Below, piece after piece: positions 8,116 to 17,079 of a DNA stretch of 25,322 nt. The first letter of the stretch is position 1; the number at the start of each line of letters is the position of its first letter. Location: the IMG/VR virus record IMGVR_UViG_3300025099_000126, positions 1-25,322 of that record; one strand, written 5' to 3'. A model generated the notes under the pieces. It ran no database searches. It was given only the letters and a program-made list of their open reading frames with translations, and was not told the DNA's origin. A program made the translations under genes and the position numbers. The stretch is from a virus. Its lineage: Duplodnaviria; Caudoviricetes.

Positions 8116-9039
8116 ATGGCAATAAACGTAGATACTGTTTATAAAACAGTTTTATTAATACTTAACCAACAGCAAAGAGGCTACATGACACCTGACGAAT
8201 TTAACAAAGTCGGTGCTCAAGTTCAACTTAATATGTTTGAAAATTACGCTAGTGATCTTAATCAACAATATAGAGTTGCACAAAACGACACGGAGTACGC
8301 TAATAGAGTTAAGAATATAAACGAAAAAATTGACATTTTTAAAAAAATTGGATCAGCTAACTACAATACGGCTGAATCATACTTTACACTTCCTTACGCA
8401 GACAGTTCTCCTTATTTTGTAGAAAACGAAGCAAACAACGGTACTAATAGCTATACTGTTGCGGGTTTTACTAGTAATAATAGTTCTAATTTTGACACTC
8501 AATGGAGAGTTACTGCTGGTGGAACAGAGGTATATAACTACACGTTTACAACTAGCGGAACTGGTACTCAGTTTATTTTTACTAGCTCACCTGCAGGCGC
8601 TATGGTTTTTGAAGCTTACTCTATGGATTTTTATAGAATTGGAACAGTTATATACAATGATCTTACAGAAGTACAGATGATAGATAGAAACGAATGGTAT
8701 TTAATAAAAAAAGCACCATTAGTAGCGCCTACAACGTCTCAACCTGTTTGTTTATATGAAGACCAAAAAATATATGTATACCCTACGTCTATAATTAATA
8801 GCTTACAAGTTTCGTATATAAAAAAACCTAGTAATCCTATTTGGGGTTACGTATCAGGTGCGTTAGGTCAATACAGTTACTACGAACCTTCTTCAACTCA
8901 ATTTGAATTACATCCATCAGAGCAGACAGAACTTATAATAAAAATATTAATGTATGCTGGTGTTATTATAGAAGATCCAAACTTAGTGCAAATAGCTGCG
9001 CAAAAAGTACAGGGTGATGATTTAAATGAAAAAAGCTAA
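8116..9039 (+). CDS. Head-tail adaptor / tail ring protein
   Basis: 307 aa. N-terminal helical MAINVDTVYKTVLLILNQQQRGYMTPDEFN and C-terminal YIKKP..P.W...FELHPSEQTELIIKILMYAG pattern of crAss-like ring proteins; synteny. Confidence 0.65.
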   Translation: MAINVDTVYKTVLLILNQQQRGYMTPDEFNKVGAQVQLNMFENYASDLNQQYRVAQNDTEYANRVKNINEKIDIFKKIGSANYNTAESYFTLPYADSSPYFVENEANNGTNSYTVAGFTSNNSSNFDTQWRVTAGGTEVYNYTFTTSGTGTQFIFTSSPAGAMVFEAYSMDFYRIGTVIYNDLTEVQMIDRNEWYLIKKAPLVAPTTSQPVCLYEDQKIYVYPTSIINSLQVSYIKKPSNPIWGYVSGALGQYSYYEPSSTQFELHPSEQTELIIKILMYAGVIIEDPNLVQIAAQKVQGDDLNEKS

Positions 9040-9042
9040 TAA

Positions 9043-10239
9043 ATGGGACTACTTACAGAAAACAACTTACAATATTACGGAGGAACTCAACTGTTTACTC
9101 AGAACGCTAACACTCGAAACTTTATTAGCACATTTGATACTGAGTTAATATTTACTACAAACGATCCTACTAACACAAACTATTCTTTAAATAACTGTGA
9201 ATTATACCAAAGCGCAGATCTAGGTGTTACATGGACACCTTATAACACTTTAGCTAACGCAAGTTATACAGCTACTTTTAATTCTTTAAATAGTACTATA
9301 ACTACAAATACAGCTATAGCGGCTGGAACGTGGTTCATGATACAGTTAAGACAAGCTGCTATAGAAAATAATTACGGTAGTTATGAATACATAAGCATAA
9401 ACGATATAGTTAATAACTATTTAATTGCTTATGTTGGTGAGGGTAAACTAGTTCCTAATGTTAAAAGAACTGATGTTATATTTCACGCTAAAAGAGGTTT
9501 ACAAGAATTTAGTTACGATACATTAAAAAGTATTAAGTCTGTAGAATTAAGTATACCTTCTAGTTTATCTTTAATAATACCGCAAGACTACGTAAACATT
9601 GTAAGATTATCTTGGATAGATGAGTTAGGAGTACAAAGAATAATATACCCAGCTAACAACTTAACAACAGCGCCTTACTCTGCTTTGTCGCAAGATCAAT
9701 CAGGGTTTCCTATACAAGATGCTAATTCAAATAATGTAGAAGTTCCACCTACAACTATAGAAAGATGGAATGATGCTGATACTAGAAAAATAACAGGAAA
9801 TTATAGTTGGAACGCTGCTTATAATACTGACGCTTGGCTGGATGGTTATCCTATGCTATGGCAACAAGCTGTTGGCGAAAGATATGGATTAAACCCATCG
9901 ACAACACAGGTTAACGGTTGGTATTTAGTAGATGAAAGAAGAGGTACTTTTAATTTTTCAAGTAATTTAGCTGGAAGATTAATAGTATTAGAATACATAT
10001 CTGATGGCTTAGCTACTGACTTAGAGACTAAAGTGCCTAAGTTGGCTGAAGATGCTATGTACGCTCATATAAATCACTCTATATTAGCTAGTAGAATAAA
10101 CCAACCAGAATATATTGTACAAAGATATAAAAAAGAAAGAAGTGCTAAACTAAGAAATGCTAAGATAAGATTATCAAACATAAAACTTGATCAAATAGTG
10201 CAAGTTATGAGAGGTAAATCTAAGTGGATTAAAAATTAA
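9043..10239 (+). CDS. Tail ring / tubular protein with N-terminal extra domain
   Basis: 398 aa. IPQDYVNIVRLSW and IVLEYISDGL...VPKLAEDAMYAHI resemble tail tubular/ring proteins. Directly precedes the stabilisation protein. Confidence 0.6.
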   Translation: MGLLTENNLQYYGGTQLFTQNANTRNFISTFDTELIFTTNDPTNTNYSLNNCELYQSADLGVTWTPYNTLANASYTATFNSLNSTITTNTAIAAGTWFMIQLRQAAIENNYGSYEYISINDIVNNYLIAYVGEGKLVPNVKRTDVIFHAKRGLQEFSYDTLKSIKSVELSIPSSLSLIIPQDYVNIVRLSWIDELGVQRIIYPANNLTTAPYSALSQDQSGFPIQDANSNNVEVPPTTIERWNDADTRKITGNYSWNAAYNTDAWLDGYPMLWQQAVGERYGLNPSTTQVNGWYLVDERRGTFNFSSNLAGRLIVLEYISDGLATDLETKVPKLAEDAMYAHINHSILASRINQPEYIVQRYKKERSAKLRNAKIRLSNIKLDQIVQVMRGKSKWIKN

Positions 10240-10242
10240 TAC

Positions 10243-13200
10243 ATGGCAGAAATTAAAAATACCTTTTTAAAAGGTAAAATGAATCAAGATTTAGACGCTA
10301 GACTTGTTCCAAATGGAGAGTATAGAGAAGCTACAAATTTACAAATAAGTAGATCAGAAGGATCAACTGTTGGTGAGTTTGAAAATATTTTAGGTGATTT
10401 AGCTGTTGCTAGTACTGGGTCACAAAATATTAAAATAATAGGTCAATTTTCTGATACTACTAATAATATTATATATTTTTTTGCCAGTGATCATTATGAT
10501 AATTCATCGCCACCAGAAAGAACAGACAGCAGCAACAACTGTAGAATATACTCTTATAACATAGACACAAACGCTTTGGTTAATTTAGTAGATGGGTATT
10601 GGTTAAACTTCAATCAAGCTTACCCTATTTATGGAGTTAATCTTGTTGAAGAATTATTATTCTGGACTGATAACTTAAATCAACCAAGAAAAATAAATAT
10701 AAGTTTAGCTAACCCAACCCCTTTAGCTACTCCAGTTTATTATTTTAATGAAGACCAAGTTTCAGTAGCTAAATATTACCCGTATCAACCTATAGTTGCT
10801 ATGGAAAGAAGCACGTATAGAGTCGATGGGGCTGTAAATAATAGTAATATAGTAGTTTTAGATCAAGCGGCTTCTAACATACAGGTAGGAGATATAGTTA
10901 CAGACAAAATTAAAACAGGTACTGTAGTTATAAATTCTTTAATTACTGTAATTGAAATAACAGCAAGCAAAACTGTTAAATTATCACAAGCTGTGACTTT
11001 AGCAGACGGTTTTAAAATAGATTTCAGCAGACCTTCAATGGAGAATCAATCTAGCGAATATGTTAGCGATTATAGTTTAATAGAAAGCTATGCTGTTGCA
11101 GGTAATAACGCTGGAGACAATATAACTATACTGTCAACTCTTTTAAATAACACGCCTACAATAGGTATGTATGTGACTTGTCCTGATAGTCCTAGTAAAA
11201 TATCTAGTAGTAATTTTGGGGCAACCCCAGCTAATACAGGTGTTATAACATCAGTTAATGTTAGTGGTAGTAATACTATAATAACTTTAAACGTCGCTAA
11301 CACGTTAAACGCTAGTTCGCCTTTTCCTGATATATTGATAGGTAAAAATCCTAATTATGATTCTCAATGGAAAGGCGACCCTGATTTATTAAAACAAGAA
11401 TACGTTAGGTTTAGTTATAGGATAAAATTTATTGACAACGAGTATTCTTTAATGGCTCCTTTTAGTCAAATAATGTTTATCCCTGAGCAGTACAGTAAGT
11501 TTGGCAAAGGTATAAATACGCAAGAAGAAGATATGGACGACGCTTATCAAAGCACTATAGTATCTTGGATGCAAAATAATATTGACAATATTTTATTAAG
11601 AATACCTATACCAAAAATTATAAAAAGTAATCAGAATTTAGCAACAACAGCTAACGCTGCTGATTTAATCGCAAGTCTTCATATTAAGTCTATTGATATA
11701 TTATATAAAGAATCTGATTCATTAGCTGTTAAAGTTCTTGATACTGTTCAAATAACAAGCGCGACTACTTTTAGTTCTATTTTATATGAAGATCTAGTTA
11801 ATTTTAGTAATACTGTAAAATATTTAGATTACAATTACGAATCTAGCAAGCCATACAAAACACTACCTCAAAACCAAACAGTTAGAGTTTATGATAAAGT
11901 TCCTGTAAAAGCTTTATCGCAAGAAATTATAGGTAATAGAGTTGTTTACGGTAACTATATAGACAAGCATAGTAGTCCTTTAGCCGCTAATTATGGTGTT
12001 ACTATAGCCGACAAGTCTGTGGTTTATGATAACTATACTCAGTTTCCTAGTAGCTCTTTAAAACAAAACAGAACTTATCAAGTTGGTTTGGTTTTAGCAG
12101 ATAGATATGGTAGACAATCAAATGTTATTTTATCTACTCAAGATGATAATCCTAATCAACCTGGTTCTACTGTTTTTTCTCCTTATAAAAAATATTTAGA
12201 CAACGACGTTTTTAATTGGCTTGGTAATGCGTTTAGACTTACTTTTAACGCAGCTATACCTGTTGATAACCCTGGTCCTGGCATATGGAACTCTACAACA
12301 ACTCCATTAGGTTGGTTTTCTTATAAAACTGTTGTTAAACAACAAGAACAAGATTATTACAACGTGTACTTGCCAGGTTTTGTAAATGGTTACCCGGTAA
12401 CACAGAACGTAGAACAAGATCAAACTGTTTTTACAGTTTTAACTGGTGACAACATAAACAAAGTACCTAGAGATTTAACCGAGGTTAGTGGTCAACAAAC
12501 TCAATTTAGTAGTAGTGTTAGGTTGTTTGGCAGAGTGAATAATCCTAACATAAACAATAAGCAGACTGGATCACCAGTTATACCATACACTAATCATTCA
12601 ACTCCTTGGAACCAACAATATTATCCTAATATAAGTTCTGAATTTGTAAGAAACATAACAACAATACAAGATGGTGAAATACAAGCCTCGCCTTTTCAAG
12701 CTGGGATAAACGCTGGCGCTTTTGATAACGTTGCAGGTAAAATACCTTGGGGCACTACGCCTGGTGGAAATAATGATGATATGGCCCCGTTGTACAATGC
12801 TGACGCTAATCCTTATTTTGCAGAACTAAGTGTAGGTCAAAGAGTGTTAGAAACTAATGACACAGACCCTGTAAACGCTTCAAGAAACAGAAGTAATCAA
12901 TTAGGCGCTATATGTACAGTTAACGCAGCTGGATCTTCTGGTGCAATAATTACTATGCAACCTTTTTTAACTATATCTGAAACAGATCCTACGGTTTCGT
13001 TGTTAGATATATTTTGGGAAACATCCTCTACGGGTAATTTAATAGATTTAAATAATACTATCAACGCACAGTATGCTGGTTTAGTTACAACTACAGATGT
13101 TGATTTATCATTTTTTGAAAACGCAGTGCCAGAGACAGCTATAGATGCTAGTTTTAGTTTTGTAGATGGTGGTGGAACTCCTAGAACAAATCTTACGTCC

Positions 13201-14508
13201 GCTAGTATAACAACTATAGTAGACAACTTAAATAACTCTGTAGACAACAAAACATTTGAATTAAGAGCAAACAGTAACGGTACTTATGGTCTTTATACTG
13301 GTAAAGCAAGCACCACAGGCTTAGACGCTTATTTTTGGTATGGAACAAGTTCGCCTCAAGTAAACGACTATACAATAACTTTTGCTACTGTTTTTACAGC
13401 TGGAGACGGAGTAACATACTCAAATTCTATATCTACAATGAACGTTAAAGTAAAAAACATTATACCATCTACTCTAGTAGGTAATCAATGTCCTATAACT
13501 TTATCAGGAACTGATGCTCCATCTGTTAGCGATACTACTATATTTAATTTTTTAACTGGTCAAACAGTTGGTAGCACAGCTAACTATGGTAAATGGGTTA
13601 ATGGATCTGCTGATGTTAATAATCACCAGCAAGAATTAATTTTTAGTATTATATCTCAAGTAGATACAAGCGGATCAGTTAATATATTTGAATTTGCTAC
13701 GCCTTCAAACGGTGTTTTAACCGTAAAAAGTAACTCAACTTTAGTAACTGGAAAAACTTATACTATAAACGTTGGTATAACAGATAACAATGGTGTTACA
13801 ACTGGCGCTGTACCATACACTGGTCTTCAAGGTAATTGTTCTATATCGTTTACTGTTGGGGCTCAGCATATAAATAGAGCGCCTTGTAATGGCCCAATAT
13901 TAACTGGATTAAACATAGGGTGTGGAAATTATAGACAAATATGGGCGTTTGTAAATAGCGCTTCGCAATCAGGAACTTCTGGTGGTTTAGGAACATATCC
14001 TTCAACAGGCATACCTACTATATTTTATGGCACGTCAAACAATTATACTTATTATAATGTGGCAAATAAGTATAGCGCAAGCATAGTAGGCAACACTACA
14101 AACGGAGGTTTAAACTCTGGAGCGTCACTATATATAACGCCTACTTTAAGATTTACACAAGCTCCTAATAATCCAAGTGCTAATGTATATTATACTATAC
14201 AGCATAGAGCTAACGCTCAAAGCTCTTGGCAACAAGCGGTTTATTACAAAATACAGCAAAATAATGGATCTATAGTAACAACAACAGGCGCTGTTGGTAC
14301 AGCAAATTATTTAACTGGATCTTATATAAGTGGAGGAGCCACAGATTACAAAACAAAATATTGGTTTAATGTTGCTGGTGAATATAGGGTTTTATCTTCT
14401 TATGTTCAAGGTCAACTTTGCTCTACAGGTTCAGCAAGCACAGTTACATTTTTTCCTGATTTTGGAGATGGCGTGTACAGTGGCCAATGTAGTTTAGGCC
14501 CATTGTAA
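10243..14508 (+). CDS. Tail stabilisation/muzzle protein (P22 gp10-like), N-terminal part, with C-terminal beta-rich cadherin/Ig-like extension
   Basis: 1421 aa. MAEIKNTFLKGKMNQDLDARLVPNGEYREATN, LLFWTDNLNQPRKIN, RFSYRIKFIDNEYSLMAPFSQ, VPVKALSQEIIGNRVVYGNY and SLKQNRTYQVGLVLADRYGR match patterns of this family. Confidence 0.72.
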   Translation: MAEIKNTFLKGKMNQDLDARLVPNGEYREATNLQISRSEGSTVGEFENILGDLAVASTGSQNIKIIGQFSDTTNNIIYFFASDHYDNSSPPERTDSSNNCRIYSYNIDTNALVNLVDGYWLNFNQAYPIYGVNLVEELLFWTDNLNQPRKINISLANPTPLATPVYYFNEDQVSVAKYYPYQPIVAMERSTYRVDGAVNNSNIVVLDQAASNIQVGDIVTDKIKTGTVVINSLITVIEITASKTVKLSQAVTLADGFKIDFSRPSMENQSSEYVSDYSLIESYAVAGNNAGDNITILSTLLNNTPTIGMYVTCPDSPSKISSSNFGATPANTGVITSVNVSGSNTIITLNVANTLNASSPFPDILIGKNPNYDSQWKGDPDLLKQEYVRFSYRIKFIDNEYSLMAPFSQIMFIPEQYSKFGKGINTQEEDMDDAYQSTIVSWMQNNIDNILLRIPIPKIIKSNQNLATTANAADLIASLHIKSIDILYKESDSLAVKVLDTVQITSATTFSSILYEDLVNFSNTVKYLDYNYESSKPYKTLPQNQTVRVYDKVPVKALSQEIIGNRVVYGNYIDKHSSPLAANYGVTIADKSVVYDNYTQFPSSSLKQNRTYQVGLVLADRYGRQSNVILSTQDDNPNQPGSTVFSPYKKYLDNDVFNWLGNAFRLTFNAAIPVDNPGPGIWNSTTTPLGWFSYKTVVKQQEQDYYNVYLPGFVNGYPVTQNVEQDQTVFTVLTGDNINKVPRDLTEVSGQQTQFSSSVRLFGRVNNPNINNKQTGSPVIPYTNHSTPWNQQYYPNISSEFVRNITTIQDGEIQASPFQAGINAGAFDNVAGKIPWGTTPGGNNDDMAPLYNADANPYFAELSVGQRVLETNDTDPVNASRNRSNQLGAICTVNAAGSSGAIITMQPFLTISETDPTVSLLDIFWETSSTGNLIDLNNTINAQYAGLVTTTDVDLSFFENAVPETAIDASFSFVDGGGTPRTNLTSASITTIVDNLNNSVDNKTFELRANSNGTYGLYTGKASTTGLDAYFWYGTSSPQVNDYTITFATVFTAGDGVTYSNSISTMNVKVKNIIPSTLVGNQCPITLSGTDAPSVSDTTIFNFLTGQTVGSTANYGKWVNGSADVNNHQQELIFSIISQVDTSGSVNIFEFATPSNGVLTVKSNSTLVTGKTYTINVGITDNNGVTTGAVPYTGLQGNCSISFTVGAQHINRAPCNGPILTGLNIGCGNYRQIWAFVNSASQSGTSGGLGTYPSTGIPTIFYGTSNNYTYYNVANKYSASIVGNTTNGGLNSGASLYITPTLRFTQAPNNPSANVYYTIQHRANAQSSWQQAVYYKIQQNNGSIVTTTGAVGTANYLTGSYISGGATDYKTKYWFNVAGEYRVLSSYVQGQLCSTGSASTVTFFPDFGDGVYSGQCSLGPL

Positions 14509-14529
14509 AAAACAAGTAAAAACAAGTAA
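14508..14529 (+). repeat. 10-bp tandem duplication (AAAAACAAGT x2, plus AA)
   Basis: 14508-14517 and 14518-14527 are identical; located in the spacer between the two stabilisation-protein genes. Confidence 0.8.
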
Positions 14530-14539
14530 TAATTAATAT

Positions 14540-15916
14540 ATGGCAGTTACTATTGAATTAGGTTATTTTAATACCTTTGCATTAAAAAGATTAGCTAGCA
14601 CAGCAGTGCCACAAGTAGCTGATCCTAACGAAGACTGGTTCATTGAAGAATCAAGAATAAAAGGTGGTTATAATAATACAACTGTTGATTTTGGAGTTAA
14701 AGCTTATTTAGTTGAAGATGTGTCTCAATCATCTAGAAGAACTAATTCTCTTATATATTCTGGCGTTTTTAATTCAAGAACAGGTATAAATCAAACAAAT
14801 CAATTTAGCGTAGCAGAAGAAATAACTAGAAGCGTAGATCCTATTGGTGGTTCTATACAAAAACTTTACGCTGAAGACACAAATTTAATAGTTTTTCAAG
14901 AAAAGAAAGTCAATAGAGCTTTAATAGATAAAGACGCTATATACTCTGCTGAAGGATCTGCCATAACAACAACGGCTAACTTAGTTATAGGGCAAATAAC
15001 TCCTTACGCAGGTAACTGGGGTATTGGTACTAATCCAGAATCATTCGCCGTGTATGGTTATAGAAAATACTTTGTAGATAAAAATAGAAACGCTGTATTA
15101 AGATTGTCTCAAGATGGCATAACAGAATTATCTAACTATGGTATGAGTGATTATTTTAGAAAACAACTATCTTTAATAACTTCTACTGGTAAAATAACAG
15201 GCGGCTGGGATATACATAATAAAAATTATATATTAAACATGGTTCCTTCATATGGTTCTTCGAACTATCAAACACTTTGTTTTGATGAAAGATCTTTAGG
15301 TTGGACTACTTTTTATACTTATAATCCTAGTTTTATTACAAGTTTAAAAGGAAACACTTATACTAGCAAAGATGGTAAATGGTATCAAAGTTATGTAAAC
15401 GGTCGACCAAGAAATAAATTTCATGATGATTCAGCACCGTCACAAAGTACGGTTAAATTTATTTTAAACCCAGCTCCTGATAAAATGAAAAACTTTAACA
15501 CGTTGAGCTACGAAGGTACAAACGGTTGGGAAGTTACTTCAATTATAAGTGATGAAACTGGTTATGATTTAAACGTTAGTGAATCAGCTTATGGGTCAGA
15601 AACAGACATTTCTTCGACTATATGGAGTTATGATCAAGGACAATACCAAGAAGGTGGTGTTACTCAATACGCTGGGTTTGCAAGAAAACAAAATAATTAT
15701 GTGGCTGCAATAAAAAGCGCTACGCCTGCTCAAGTAGGAGAAGTTATTTTTGGTAATTCAATGATGGGTATAAAAGGTTACACAGCTGTAGTCACTATGA
15801 CAACAGACACAACTAGATCTGTTACAGCAAATGGCCAAACAACTAATTTAACAGCTACTGATAATGGAGGATTAAAAGAGTTGTTTTCAGTAGGAAGCAC
15901 TTTTTCGTTACAATAA
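14540..15916 (+). CDS. Tail stabilisation/muzzle protein, C-terminal beta-propeller-like part
   Basis: 458 aa. LIYSGVFNSRTGINQTNQF, GSIQKLYAEDTNLIVFQEKKV, YAGNWGIGTNPESFA..YFVDKNRNAVLRLSQDGITELS and GWTTFYTY are typical of the C-terminal half of this family. Confidence 0.7.
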   Translation: MAVTIELGYFNTFALKRLASTAVPQVADPNEDWFIEESRIKGGYNNTTVDFGVKAYLVEDVSQSSRRTNSLIYSGVFNSRTGINQTNQFSVAEEITRSVDPIGGSIQKLYAEDTNLIVFQEKKVNRALIDKDAIYSAEGSAITTTANLVIGQITPYAGNWGIGTNPESFAVYGYRKYFVDKNRNAVLRLSQDGITELSNYGMSDYFRKQLSLITSTGKITGGWDIHNKNYILNMVPSYGSSNYQTLCFDERSLGWTTFYTYNPSFITSLKGNTYTSKDGKWYQSYVNGRPRNKFHDDSAPSQSTVKFILNPAPDKMKNFNTLSYEGTNGWEVTSIISDETGYDLNVSESAYGSETDISSTIWSYDQGQYQEGGVTQYAGFARKQNNYVAAIKSATPAQVGEVIFGNSMMGIKGYTAVVTMTTDTTRSVTANGQTTNLTATDNGGLKELFSVGSTFSLQ

Positions 15917-15922
15917 AATTAT

Positions 15923-16333
15923 ATGAAATTAAATATTAGAAAAATACAACATGACGACTGGGACACTTTAGTTTCCTGGTGGTTAGAGTGGAGGTACTGG
16001 AAAGTTGCCCCGCCAAAAGATTTTTTACCAGACAATGGAACTGGTGGGTTTATGGTTGAAAAAGACGGTATACCTATAGTTTCAGGTTTTTTATATTTTA
16101 CTAATTCACAAGGCGTTTTGCTAGAGTGGATAGTTTCAAATCCAAACTATAGAGATAGTGATAGAAAAGAAGCTATAATTCTTTTAATAGATACAGCAGA
16201 AGACTTTATAAAAAAACAAGGTAAATCTTATATATTTAGTATAGGTAGAAATAAACATTTAATAAAAATACATGAAGAGTTAGGTTATTCTGTGGATAAA
16301 AAACCTTCTCATGAAATAATAAAAACAATTTAA
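15923..16333 (+). CDS. GNAT-fold acetyltransferase-like protein
   Basis: 136 aa with GNAT topology: NIRKIQHDD, GFMVEKDGIPIVSGFLY, LEWIVSNPNYR, LIDTAEDFIKKQG and terminal HEELGY. Confidence 0.6.
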   Translation: MKLNIRKIQHDDWDTLVSWWLEWRYWKVAPPKDFLPDNGTGGFMVEKDGIPIVSGFLYFTNSQGVLLEWIVSNPNYRDSDRKEAIILLIDTAEDFIKKQGKSYIFSIGRNKHLIKIHEELGYSVDKKPSHEIIKTI

Positions 16334-16334
16334 T

Positions 16335-17060
16335 ATGGCAGCAGTAACAGCAGCGGTCGCTGGCACGGTAGGCGGCGCGTTAGTTAAAGGCATTGGCGCT
16401 AAAAAAGCAGCAAGAAGAGCAGGTAGAAAAGCCGCGGCTGCGCGTAGAGCTATTACAGACCTAGAAGCAAACAGACAAGATGTTATAAATCCTTTTGACA
16501 ATATGGAAGGAGTTGCAGATATGGCTCAAAACTTAACCGGCATGATGTCTAATCCTATGGCTAATTTAGGTGTAGCAACTCAAGCAGCTGAGATGCAAGC
16601 AGAAGAAGCAGATATAGCTCTAGCAAATACTTTAGATACGTTAAGAGCAACTGGAGCTGGTGCTGGAGGAGCTACTGCGTTGGCGCAAATGGCACTTAAA
16701 AGCAAGCAAGGTATAAGTGCTAGTATACAACAACAAGAAGCTCAAAACCAAAAATTAAGAGCTCAAGGAGAACAAAACTTACAACAAAGACAAGTTGCTG
16801 AAGAACAAAGAATACAAGGTGTAGAGATGAACGACGCTGTTAGACTTCAAAATGCTCAATCACAAGGTAGAATGTTTGAATTTAACACACAAGAAAGTAG
16901 AGACAACACTAAGCTTAGTAGATTATACGGACAACAAGCAAATGCAGAAGCTAATCAAGCACAGGCAAGAGCATCTGGTGTTAATGCTTTATCGGGTGGG
17001 TTAACTGGTCTAGGTAGTTTAGCACTAGGCGGAGCTTTTGGTGATATGCCAGGAACCTAA
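16335..17060 (+). CDS. Probable internal virion/ejection protein (small, Ala/Gly/Gln-rich)
   Basis: 241 aa. Hydrophobic Ala/Gly N-terminus followed by a basic stretch, Gln/Ala coiled coil and Gly/Leu C-terminus, as in podoviral ejection proteins. Confidence 0.6.
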   Translation: MAAVTAAVAGTVGGALVKGIGAKKAARRAGRKAAAARRAITDLEANRQDVINPFDNMEGVADMAQNLTGMMSNPMANLGVATQAAEMQAEEADIALANTLDTLRATGAGAGGATALAQMALKSKQGISASIQQQEAQNQKLRAQGEQNLQQRQVAEEQRIQGVEMNDAVRLQNAQSQGRMFEFNTQESRDNTKLSRLYGQQANAEANQAQARASGVNALSGGLTGLGSLALGGAFGDMPGT

Positions 17061-17079
17061 TAATAATAAAAAAAATATA

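Noticed and set aside
8459-8680. Hydrophobic 73-aa +1-frame ORF (holin-like appearance)
   Set aside because: Non-ATG start, no codon or GC anomaly in the host gene, and hydrophobicity follows from T-ending host codons.
17038-17079. ORF-track start at 17038
   Set aside because: It overlaps the previous gene and translates an A-rich spacer; ATG 17080 is the better start.
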